Shown: positions 8,719 through 15,679, counted from the stretch's first letter. The stretch: DNA of 34,569 bases from Acutalibacteraceae bacterium (GCA_045119575.1 JBGVDX010000188.1:1-34569), one strand, 5' to 3'. Numbers and translations: made by a program. The notes: generated from the letters alone by a model not told the origin.

Positions 8719-10857
8719 ATGCGAGAAATAAAATATACCGTTTCGCTTGATGGTGTTTCGCCGTCAAACGTGCAATTCGGCGGTATGCAAGGGGAACACA
8801 ACGCTACGCGGTTGAACGTAACGATAGACACCGAACTGTTCGCGAAGCTTGAGGGCGCCGCTTATCGGTTTGAGGCGGAGGACGGCGCAGGATGCCGACA
8901 GACGATTGCTATGGGCGAAATCGAGAGCGAAAACGTTGTCTGCTCGGTGCCTCAATCCGTAACCTGCAACGGCGGAAACGTGACAATTCGACTGATTTTT
9001 TCAAAGGTAGCCGAAACCGAGATTGAATATATATTATATTCGTTTCCGATAAGATTAAGATTTGATTTGACATCGAACGGCGAACTTACCGAGAGTAAAG
9101 ACGCTTCGGATATTTCGGCGGCGGTTGCGTTAGCGAAAGGTTATACCGAAAAAGCGGAGCAGGCGGCAAACATGGCCGAAAATGCCGCAAAAACGGCTGT
9201 TAATGTCCGTAACGGCATAGAGCAAGAAATTGCCGAGTCGTTGACAAACGCAAAGGAAAGCGGCGAGTTTGACGGCAAGGACGGCGTTTCTGTGACGCAT
9301 GAATGGAACGGAACGGAGCTGACCGTCACTTCGGCAAGCGGCACATCATCAGTTGACCTAAAGGGCGAAAAGGGCGACAAGGGCAACGACGGAGCTGACG
9401 GTAAGGATGGTGCTGACGGAATGGATGGCAAGGACGGCGCCGACGGAACACCTGCCACGCACTCGTGGAACGGTACGGTGTTAACTGTCACCTCAGCGAG
9501 CGGCACGTCATCAGCCGACCTAAAGGGCGAAAAGGGTGACAAAGGCGACCAAGGTCAGCAAGGTATCCAAGGCGAGAAGGGCGACAAAGGCGACGACGGA
9601 AGTGATGGCAAAGATGGCGTTAATGGCAAGGACGGAATTTCTGCTACGCATTCGTGGAATGGTACCGTGCTGACGGTTACTTCCGCAAGCGGAACATCGT
9701 CATCCGACCTCAAAGGCGAAAAGGGCGACACGGGTGCGACAGGAAGCACCGGACCTCGTGGCGAAAAGGGAGACAAAGGCGACAAGGGTGATAAAGGTGA
9801 CCAAGGTCAGCAAGGTATCCAAGGCGAGAAGGGCGACACGGGTGATAGTTACATTCTCACCGATGATGATAAGAGAGAAATCGCAACCAAAGCAAACGCC
9901 GTTTCTTATTCCGTCACACAAAACCTCACCGACGAACAAAAAGAAGTTGCTCGAAACAATATAGATGCGGTAGATGCCAATTTAGTGGTTTCTTCGATTT
10001 TAGATTCTTCCGCACATCCAAGGGCTTTAAAAATACCAAACGTTACTGCTCTAGAAGAATTCATTGACGAGTACACAATGCAACAGTGTGTCAGAAATGA
10101 TATACAGCAGCGTCTACATCAGAATCGGCAAGAGCTTGCCCGTAGTAACATAGGTGCTGTTTCACAAGCAGAGTTTGCCGACGGGCTTAACGAAAAAGTA
10201 GACGCTTCGCTTGTTGTTAGTAATATTATATCGGACACTGGTTCGCTTTTAAGTAACAATATTCCTAACGGTAGCGCACTAACTGCTTTTGTGCGTGAGC
10301 ATGGTGTGGCAGCTTCCCAAGTGCAAAGTTTATCTAAACCTAAAAAAGCAAGAGCGCGACAAAATATTGATGTCGACGGCGGTAAGTGGGAGTTGCTTTA
10401 TACCATAGAGGGCGACGGCGAAACCTCCCTATGGGAGTATACACAGTTCGCGGACGGCTCGCCGCTTAAATTAACTGCGGTGTCGGCGGTAATTATTCAA
10501 AACGTTGCCGAAGCCGAAAAGAGCTATGGACACCTGTACGCTTATTGCGATGCAAAATCGACACAGTTCCCGGCAGCAATATATAGCTATTTCACAAAAA
10601 ATTCAGCACCTACAAAACCGGGAACGCAAAGAGCATACGGAGTTGTTGAGCAATATAGAGGCCAATATAGAGCATATTCTGTTGGCATGGCTGAAAAAGG
10701 TAATGAAGTAATGAGATACACACCGTATATGCAAGGGAAGAGCACAACCTCCGACCATCCATATATTGACCGAATTAAAGTACAAAAACAAACCGGCGTA
10801 TTTTCCGCCGGCAACAAAATTGAAGTTTACGGGGTGAGATGTTATGACGGAGTATAA
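8719..10857 (+). CDS. Tail fibre / receptor-binding protein with collagen-like G-X-Y repeats
   Basis: GGAG RBS. The N-terminal ~115 aa resemble a BppU-type N domain (memory-level call). Three tandem THxWNGTxLTVTSASGTSSxDLKGEKGDKG modules are each followed by G-X-Y triplets. Three ARxNI(D/G)(A)V fibre-type motifs follow. The gene sits immediately upstream of the lysis cassette. Confidence 0.85.
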   Translation: MREIKYTVSLDGVSPSNVQFGGMQGEHNATRLNVTIDTELFAKLEGAAYRFEAEDGAGCRQTIAMGEIESENVVCSVPQSVTCNGGNVTIRLIFSKVAETEIEYILYSFPIRLRFDLTSNGELTESKDASDISAAVALAKGYTEKAEQAANMAENAAKTAVNVRNGIEQEIAESLTNAKESGEFDGKDGVSVTHEWNGTELTVTSASGTSSVDLKGEKGDKGNDGADGKDGADGMDGKDGADGTPATHSWNGTVLTVTSASGTSSADLKGEKGDKGDQGQQGIQGEKGDKGDDGSDGKDGVNGKDGISATHSWNGTVLTVTSASGTSSSDLKGEKGDTGATGSTGPRGEKGDKGDKGDKGDQGQQGIQGEKGDTGDSYILTDDDKREIATKANAVSYSVTQNLTDEQKEVARNNIDAVDANLVVSSILDSSAHPRALKIPNVTALEEFIDEYTMQQCVRNDIQQRLHQNRQELARSNIGAVSQAEFADGLNEKVDASLVVSNIISDTGSLLSNNIPNGSALTAFVREHGVAASQVQSLSKPKKARARQNIDVDGGKWELLYTIEGDGETSLWEYTQFADGSPLKLTAVSAVIIQNVAEAEKSYGHLYAYCDAKSTQFPAAIYSYFTKNSAPTKPGTQRAYGVVEQYRGQYRAYSVGMAEKGNEVMRYTPYMQGKSTTSDHPYIDRIKVQKQTGVFSAGNKIEVYGVRCYDGV
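9295..9846 (+). repeat. Three tandem coding modules (beta module plus collagen triplets) inside the fibre gene
   Basis: Modules begin at nt 9295, 9457 and 9646 (aa 193, 247, 310). An identical 40-nt stretch, GACCAAGGTCAGCAAGGTATCCAAGGCGAGAAGGGCGACA, occurs at 9547-9586 and 9799-9838. Confidence 0.85.
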
Positions 10858-11083
10858 ATGCATTAACGGCGTTAAAACGCCGCTGACCGAAGAAGAAATT
10901 GCCGAAATGAAAAACGAGCTGCTTAAAATTCCCTATGAGCAACGCGTAGTAGACCGCATAAGGCTTAAATATTCGGTAGACGACGAGCTGGCTATCCTAC
11001 GCCAACGAGACACAAAGCCCGACGAGTTTATCGCTTACAACGACTTTGTGGAGAAAATTAAAGCGGAAGAAAGGCAGGGATAA
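10844..11083 (+). CDS. Hypothetical small protein downstream of the fibre
   Basis: 79-aa ORF overlapping the fibre stop by 14 nt, which suggests translational coupling. Charged and helical. No family assigned. Confidence 0.55.
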   Translation: MTEYKCINGVKTPLTEEEIAEMKNELLKIPYEQRVVDRIRLKYSVDDELAILRQRDTKPDEFIAYNDFVEKIKAEERQG

Positions 11084-11086
11084 CCG

Positions 11087-11371
11087 ATGTCAAATATAGC
11101 GGCCATTGCGACACTTGTGGGGGAGATTGCAGTGCTTGTCGGGGTAATTACTCCAGTTATAATCAGCATCAGCAAAATCTCAAACGGCACAAAGTGTCAG
11201 CTTCGTAGCGAGATGCTCCGCATTTATTATCATAATAAGGAGAAAAGGAATATACGTCAGTATGAGTATGAGAACTTTGTTTTTCTCTACGAGGCGTACA
11301 AGGCACTTAAAGGTAACTCGTTTATAGATAAAATCTATATAGAGGTCAAAAAGTGGGAAATCATTTCTTAA
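11087..11371 (+). CDS. N-terminally membrane-anchored hypothetical protein (lysis-cassette associated)
   Basis: 94-aa ORF with one N-terminal hydrophobic helix (IAAIATLVGEIAVLVGVITPVIISI) and a basic C-terminal part. It starts 3 nt after the previous stop. Confidence 0.55.
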   Translation: MSNIAAIATLVGEIAVLVGVITPVIISISKISNGTKCQLRSEMLRIYYHNKEKRNIRQYEYENFVFLYEAYKALKGNSFIDKIYIEVKKWEIIS

Positions 11372-11385
11372 AAGGAGGAAATGTT

Positions 11386-11646
11386 ATGGAATTTTTAAAT
11401 GATTACATCGTATTGGTGGTTATGGGGATATGTCTTTGTATCGGATATGTTCTCAAGAATCTTGTTCCTACCGATAAAATCAATCAGTTTATTCCGCTTA
11501 TCATGGCGGTACTTGGTGTAGTGCTTAATATGTGGCTGAATGGTTTTATACTAACACCTAAAATCCTTTTAGGAGGGCTAACATCAGGCCTTGCATCTAC
11601 TGGTATGCATCAGGTGTTTAAGCAGTTTATCAATAAGGAGGAGTGA
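11386..11646 (+). CDS. Holin-like small membrane protein
   Basis: AAAGGAGG lies 7 nt before ATG 11386. The track ORF from 11353 has no RBS. 86 aa with 2-3 hydrophobic helices and a charged C-terminus (KQFINKEE). It sits directly upstream of the endolysin. Confidence 0.6.
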   Translation: MEFLNDYIVLVVMGICLCIGYVLKNLVPTDKINQFIPLIMAVLGVVLNMWLNGFILTPKILLGGLTSGLASTGMHQVFKQFINKEE

Positions 11647-11649
11647 TTT

Positions 11650-12372
11650 ATGACAACAGCAAATGATATTATTAAAATCGCGAAAGCTGAAATCGGCGTT
11701 ACCGAGTCGCCGAAAAATTCCAACAAGCAAAAATACGGCAAGGAATATGGCGTAAACGGGACGGCTTGGTGCTGTCAATTCGTTTGGTGGGTCTTTAAGC
11801 ACGCGGGCGCGTCGCCTCTCTTTTACGGCGGGGGCAAAACGGCGTGGGTTCCGTCGGTAAGAAAGCATTATACCCAAAAAGGCAAGTGGATAAGACGGGG
11901 CGACGACACGCCGAAGCCCGGCGACCTTATCATTTTCGGTAATCGAGACGATTCGGGCAGCGGAAAGCATATCGGAATTATCACAAAGGTTACCTCGTCA
12001 ACGGTTTATACCGTAGAGGGGAACACGACAAAAACGGGATACAGCGCAAACGGCGGAATGGTAGCGGCGAAATCATATTCTCGCACAAATTCCAACATTG
12101 CGGGCTACTGTACCGTTGATTATGACAAGGAAAGCGAGGCAAAAACGGTTATGATTGAACTTAACCAATTAGAAAAAGGCAGCAAGGGCGATAATGTAAA
12201 GGCGCTTCAAACCCTGCTTATCGGCTACGGCTACGATTGCGGAAGGCATGGCGCTGACGGTGACTTTGGCTCGGCTACCAACGAAGCAGTCCGCAACTAT
12301 CAAAAAGCAAAAGGCTTGACAGTTGACGGCATTGTCGGCAAAAACACTTGGAACAAACTTTTAGGAGGTTAA
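11650..12372 (+). CDS. Endolysin: N-terminal CHAP/NlpC-P60-type amidase/peptidase plus C-terminal PG_binding_1 domain
   Basis: Catalytic-Cys context NGTAWCCQFVWWVF and His context GKHIGIITKV...VEGNT. The C-terminus GDNVKALQTLLIGYGYDCGRHGADGDFGSATNEAVRNYQKAKGLTVDGIVGKNTW is the classic peptidoglycan-binding repeat. GGAG RBS. Confidence 0.9.
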   Translation: MTTANDIIKIAKAEIGVTESPKNSNKQKYGKEYGVNGTAWCCQFVWWVFKHAGASPLFYGGGKTAWVPSVRKHYTQKGKWIRRGDDTPKPGDLIIFGNRDDSGSGKHIGIITKVTSSTVYTVEGNTTKTGYSANGGMVAAKSYSRTNSNIAGYCTVDYDKESEAKTVMIELNQLEKGSKGDNVKALQTLLIGYGYDCGRHGADGDFGSATNEAVRNYQKAKGLTVDGIVGKNTWNKLLGG

Positions 12373-12375
12373 TTT

Positions 12376-12576
12376 ATGAATATTAAGACTCGTTTAAAAT
12401 CATGGGCTGTATGGGTATCAGTCCTCGGCGCGGTTGGAGTTATCATGAATGCGTTCGGACTGTTTGACAAATTGGGGATTACCTCTGATGGGTGGCAGAA
12501 TATAATTACCGCCGTCGGCTCTATTCTTGTTGGCTTCGGCATCCTCAATAACCCGACCGATAAAGAAAAATTCTGA
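12376..12576 (+). CDS. Holin, phage phi-LC3-like family (two TM helices)
   Basis: 66 aa. KTRLKSWAVWVSVLGAVGVIM ... ILVGFGILNNPTDKE matches my memory of the LC3-type holin pattern (KxRLKNKxxW..., GIxxDPTxKG). It immediately follows the endolysin. Confidence 0.7.
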   Translation: MNIKTRLKSWAVWVSVLGAVGVIMNAFGLFDKLGITSDGWQNIITAVGSILVGFGILNNPTDKEKF

Positions 12577-12591
12577 TTAAATAAAAAAGTG

Positions 12592-12628
12592 ACCGCTCTA
12601 CCGATTGAGGTAGGGCGGTTTTCTTGTT
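12592..12628 (+). terminator. Rho-independent terminator ending the late/lysis operon
   Basis: ACCGCTCTACC-gattga-GGTAGGGCGGT forms an 11-bp stem with one G.T pair, followed by TTTCTTGTT. Confidence 0.75.
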
Positions 12629-12635
12629 GGTTTGG

Positions 12636-12657
12636 TTCACACGAAAAGTCACACAAG
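12636..12657 (+). repeat. Tandem pair of TCACAC-core sites (candidate integrase arm-type sites, P arm)
   Basis: TTCACACGAAAAG and TCACACAAG in direct orientation, 12 nt apart. Confidence 0.4.
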
Positions 12658-12700
12658 TATCAAGAAGTATTGATTTAATCATGGTTATGACAATTTTGCC

Positions 12701-12728
12701 GCAGGTTCAAGTCCTGTCACCTCGACCA
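12701..12728 (+). other. tRNA 3'-end fragment (T-arm, acceptor 3' strand, discriminator, CCA): candidate attP core
   Basis: GCAGG-TTCAAGT-CCTGT is a T stem-loop with the canonical GTTCAAGTC loop. It is followed by CACCTCG, A and CCA. No complementary 5' acceptor strand (CGAGGTG) occurs upstream, so this is a fragment and not a gene. Confidence 0.6.
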
Positions 12729-12737
12729 TTGAGGAAA

Positions 12738-12766
12738 GTCGCAGAAATGCGGCTTTTTCTTTATTT
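12738..12766 (+). terminator. Hairpin plus T-tract directly after the tRNA fragment
   Basis: GTCGCA-gaaa-TGCGGC followed by TTTTTCTTTATTT. This looks like the terminator of the tRNA gene, carried along with the attP copy. Confidence 0.55.
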
Positions 12767-12833
12767 ATCAATAGTAATCGAATTATTGCGATTGCTTTTT
12801 ATGGTGTTAAATTGTTGTTAAAAACATAAAAAA

Positions 12834-12877
12834 TTCACATAAAACGCAAGAAAGTTCACACGAAATGTCACACGAAA
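12834..12877 (+). repeat. Three TCACA(C/T)-core sites (candidate integrase arm-type sites, P' arm)
   Basis: TTCACAT at 12834. TTCACACGAAAT and GTCACACGAAAT form a 12-nt tandem at 12855-12878, abutting the integrase stop codon. Confidence 0.4.
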
Positions 12878-12881
12878 TAAG

Positions 12882-13904
12882 CTATTGTTTGGGTGTGTTA
12901 TACATTTCGGTAAAATGCTCGGATATTTTATTGTTAAATTCGCTTTGAATGTCTTTTAAAGCATGATTATAGACATTGTTCATGGTGTGGTTTGTTTGCC
13001 AGCCGCCGCGAGCCATAATATATTTATCGGGGATATTCATGGCATGGAGTATAGATACAGCGTAGTGACGCAAATCGTGAAAGCGAAAATGAGGGATGTC
13101 GGCTTCTTTTAATATTCTGTTGAATCTGTGAGTAATTGCTGTTGGAGTTTTATTTGTAATTTTACCCGAAATGCCGCTTAAACGCTCAATAACGAAATCA
13201 GGGTATTCTATCTGTCTATAGCTCGAAAATGTCTTTGGCGGCTTAATTACCCATTCTTTTCGGTCATTCATAACCAATGCTTTATTTACATTAACGATAT
13301 TGCCTTTAATGTCATCAGATGTTAAGGCACATATTTCCCCTCTACGCATTGGGCCGAAGGCGGCGAGCAAGACGGGTATTTCCATGTCGGTACCTTTTAT
13401 ATAGTTAATCAGTTTCGTAATATCCTTATCATCGGGGATATATAGATTAACTGGTTTCTTTTGGGGTAGTGCGGTACAAACCACAAATTCAGGACGGAAC
13501 ATTTTCAGGACAGCAACAAGAAGGCCATGAATGTTTCGAACTGTTTTCGGTGAACGGCCGACGGATTCTAAAGTGATAGCGGTTTGGATTTTTTCTTGCG
13601 TTAACAGATTTATTTTTAAATCCATTATGCTTTGTAAATCTCGTTCGGCTGAACGCTTATATTCCCTTACGGTGCCGGGAGACAATACTTTCTCTTTTGC
13701 TGTAATATATCGGCTGTATGCTTCTCTTAAAGTAAGGTCTGATGATTTAGTTTCTTCTCTTGTCAGCTCTTGCCATTGTAACGCCAACGCTTCCGCCTTT
13801 CGTGCAGTTTCGGCTGTAAATGAACGAGTTATCTTTTTACCGTCAATCGATAGTGATGCTTGTACTCGCCAGCTTCCCGATGGGAGTTGTTTCGCTTTTG
13901 CCAT
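12882..13904 (-). CDS. int: Tyrosine recombinase / phage integrase
   Basis: 340 aa. N-terminal SAM-like core-binding region. Catalytic-domain motifs: ...GPMRRGEICAL..., HDLRHYAVSILH, GGWQTNHTMNNVYNHA (R..H-x-x-R..Y). AAGGAGG RBS. Confidence 0.95.
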   Translation of the reverse strand: MAKAKQLPSGSWRVQASLSIDGKKITRSFTAETARKAEALALQWQELTREETKSSDLTLREAYSRYITAKEKVLSPGTVREYKRSAERDLQSIMDLKINLLTQEKIQTAITLESVGRSPKTVRNIHGLLVAVLKMFRPEFVVCTALPQKKPVNLYIPDDKDITKLINYIKGTDMEIPVLLAAFGPMRRGEICALTSDDIKGNIVNVNKALVMNDRKEWVIKPPKTFSSYRQIEYPDFVIERLSGISGKITNKTPTAITHRFNRILKEADIPHFRFHDLRHYAVSILHAMNIPDKYIMARGGWQTNHTMNNVYNHALKDIQSEFNNKISEHFTEMYNTPKQ

Positions 13905-13918
13905 TTATAAAAACCTCC

Positions 13919-13947
13919 TTGATTTATATGGAAGCTCGTGGTACAAT
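13919..13947 (+). promoter_or_regulatory. Candidate sigma-A promoter divergent from int
   Basis: TTGATT, 17-nt spacer, TACAAT, with TGn immediately upstream of the -10 (extended -10). Confidence 0.35.
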
Positions 13948-13986
13948 AATATTGCATTTTGTGCACCGGGAGCTTTCTCGGTTATA

Positions 13987-14023
13987 CGCTCTATCCTGTT
14001 CCAGCAGGGTAGGGCGTTTTTTT
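13987..14023 (+). terminator. Strong plus-strand rho-independent terminator with no plus-strand gene upstream
   Basis: CGCTCTATCCTG-ttccag-CAGGGTAGGGCG forms a 12-bp stem with two G.T pairs, followed by TTTTTTT. On the minus strand the hairpin is followed by TATAACC, so it is oriented for the plus strand. Confidence 0.7.
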
Positions 14024-14046
14024 ATTGTTATTATTTATTCTTAATC

Positions 14047-14433
14047 TCAATCCTTTTCCCACATTGCTATTTCAGCTTTTGGTATTTGGCAACGTAAATC
14101 AGATTTAGGTTTTAGTTCTTTTTTTATAAACCGACAATATTTAGGTAACTTCTGCACCATAACATTTCCATACTTCCCATATTTATAAAAAGGATGATAA
14201 TAAAACCATTTACAATGTTTGCAATCGAGACACCGCAGACGAAGTTTTAAGCCGTGTTCTTTAATATATTTCTTGTTATTTTTTTGGCATTTAATACTCT
14301 CTATTATGCTTAAAAACATATCATAAAAAGCAAGAATAGTGCTACCGCCAGCTAACGTTGAAATTGCAATTCCGAAAACTTTTTCTAACAAAGAATAATT
14401 TGGCAGGAAAACTGAAAACAATACGCAGTTCAC
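14047..14433 (-). CDS. Hypothetical membrane plus Cys-rich basic protein (moron between int and the immunity genes)
   Basis: 128-codon ORF in a visibly AT-rich stretch, where long ORFs are unlikely by chance. Hydrophobic N-terminal part. The C-terminal part carries CLDCKHC plus further Cys and many Lys/Tyr. No convincing SD at the GTG start, so start and expression are uncertain. Confidence 0.45.
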   Translation of the reverse strand: MNCVLFSVFLPNYSLLEKVFGIAISTLAGGSTILAFYDMFLSIIESIKCQKNNKKYIKEHGLKLRLRCLDCKHCKWFYYHPFYKYGKYGNVMVQKLPKYCRFIKKELKPKSDLRCQIPKAEIAMWEKD

Positions 14434-14582
14434 TATAAACGAAAAACAAAAAACTTATCGTAGTGGAATTAAAAATAGTTTTGTTGATATTCTTCATTCC
14501 TCTGCTCCTTTTTATTTGGAAAAACTTACATAAAGACAAACAATATATCAACACCTTACAATTAAATGTGGAGGTGGTAATA

Positions 14583-15137
14583 TTGATATACAATAAATAT
14601 CAAGTATCAAGGAACTTATCGTGGCAGGTCATTATTAACGAAAGAATAAGCGAACTGCCGATAAATGTAGTAAAATTATGTCATTCAATGGGTATTACAG
14701 TTAAACTTTACAAACCGAAAGATGATAATTCGGGTATGACAGTAATGTTTAACGGTGCCCCGGTAATATTGGTGGCTGCTAATGAACCGCGTGAGAGACA
14801 ACGGTTTACAATAGCTCATGAGCTGGGGCATATACTACTCGGTCACGTTGGCCAATATAAACTTGTTAATAGGGAACCATCAAAAAATGATAATCCTATT
14901 GAACAAGAAGCAAATGTATTCGCTTCTCGATTGCTCGCTCCTGCCTGCGTTTTGTGGGGCTGTAATGCAAAAACAGCGGAAGATATTATGAAATTATGCG
15001 ATATTAGCCGAACAGCAGCCGAATACAGACAACAACGTATGGATAAGCTGTTGGCGAGAAATAAGTTTTTGTTACATCCATTAGAAAGACAAGTCTATTC
15101 ACAATTCACAAATTACATATCAAATAATAAATTATAA
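14583..15137 (+). CDS. ImmA/IrrE-family zinc metalloprotease (anti-repressor protease)
   Basis: HELGHILLGH motif with downstream EQEANVFASRLLAP (HExxH...E). GGAGGTGG lies 5 nt before an in-frame TTG at 14583. The track ORF from 14463 adds an RBS-less hydrophobic extension. Confidence 0.85.
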   Translation: MIYNKYQVSRNLSWQVIINERISELPINVVKLCHSMGITVKLYKPKDDNSGMTVMFNGAPVILVAANEPRERQRFTIAHELGHILLGHVGQYKLVNREPSKNDNPIEQEANVFASRLLAPACVLWGCNAKTAEDIMKLCDISRTAAEYRQQRMDKLLARNKFLLHPLERQVYSQFTNYISNNKL

Positions 15138-15497
15138 ATCATCGGGAACGTCCGGTAATTGATTTATAAGAATTTCAAGCGCTTTGACCTGTTCATCGGT
15201 CAGGCGCTTTTCTATTTGTCTGCCGTCTCTGCCTGCGATTCTGAGGATGTTTTCTTTTGGATGACTGTCATTGTTAAACTGAATGTCATTTATAAGAGTT
15301 TTATTATCGTTCTCGCCGATTAAATATGAAACAGAAACGCCGAAATAGTTGGCTATTTTCTGCATCTTATCGGCTTTCGGTCGGTAGTTGCCGTGTTTCC
15401 ACTCGCTTAACGTTGATTGAGAAATTCCGGTTTCCTTAGCAACTTGTGCGGCGGTTACATTGTGTTTTTTTAACAATTCGACAAAAATTTCATACAT
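15132..15497 (-). CDS. XRE-family HTH repressor (CI/ImmR-like), no S24 peptidase domain
   Basis: MYEIFVELLKKHNVTAAQVAKETGISQSTLSEWKHG... is a canonical XRE HTH. AGGGGTG lies 8 nt before ATG 15497. The longer track ORF (to 15581) would run through a consensus promoter. The C-terminal 55 aa lack the Ser-Lys peptidase motifs. Confidence 0.85.
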   Translation of the reverse strand: MYEIFVELLKKHNVTAAQVAKETGISQSTLSEWKHGNYRPKADKMQKIANYFGVSVSYLIGENDNKTLINDIQFNNDSHPKENILRIAGRDGRQIEKRLTDEQVKALEILINQLPDVPDDL

Positions 15498-15521
15498 ATT
15501 TTGTACACCCCTAACAAAATT

Positions 15522-15601
15522 AAGAAATCTGAATAAAGCGTGTTGACAAATTAAGAAAACCGAATTATAATAAAAATACAACTTCGGAAAACTGAATAAT
15601 T
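15522..15601 (+). promoter_or_regulatory. Three direct copies of a 17-mer operator-like repeat (a fourth copy is inverted at 15857-15873)
   Basis: AAGAAATCTGAATAAAG (15522), AAGAAAACCGAATTATA (15553), CGGAAAACTGAATAATT (15585), spaced 31 and 32 nt apart. The inverted copy CGGAAAACCGATATATA is the reverse complement of 15857-15873. Confidence 0.4.
15541..15571 (+). promoter_or_regulatory. Consensus sigma-A promoter pointing rightward
   Basis: TTGACA (15543-15548), exactly 17 nt, TATAAT (15566-15571). Confidence 0.6.
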
Positions 15602-15679
15602 CGCCGCGCTTAATTGACCGTTTTTTTGCAGAGTTCTTAACTTCCTATTCTTTTCTCTGCAACAGCTCAACCCCGCCAA

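Noticed and set aside
9141-9785. Minus-strand ORFs of 133 and 76 aa rich in Ser/Pro (SPFSPF..., LPSLPS...)
   Set aside because: They are the antisense reading of the G-X-Y collagen codons (GGN GAN AAR) of the fibre gene. They have no RBS and are wholly nested in a well-supported CDS.
12661-12728. Possibility of a complete tRNA gene
   Set aside because: Only the T-arm, acceptor 3' strand and CCA are present. The complementary 5' acceptor strand (CGAGGTG) and a D-arm are absent from the ~70 nt upstream.
12624-12821. 65-aa plus-strand ORF across the int-proximal intergenic region
   Set aside because: It runs through the tRNA fragment, a terminator hairpin and the arm-type repeats. It has no RBS and is better explained as attP.
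13531-14097. 188-aa plus-strand ORF
   Set aside because: It is antisense to the integrase catalytic region, has a low-complexity hydrophobic translation and no RBS, and crosses a terminator.
14463-14582. N-terminal 40-aa hydrophobic extension of the ImmA-like ORF (a membrane-anchored protease?)
   Set aside because: There is no SD before GTG 14463, whereas GGAGGTGG sits 5 nt before the in-frame TTG 14583. The shorter product has the usual ImmA length. This is not fully excluded.
15498-15581. Longer repressor ORF starting at 15581
   Set aside because: The extension has no SD and overlaps the consensus rightward promoter and the operator-like repeats. ATG 15497 has an AGGGGTG SD, and the product starts MYEIF like its Cro-like paralogue (MYEVF).
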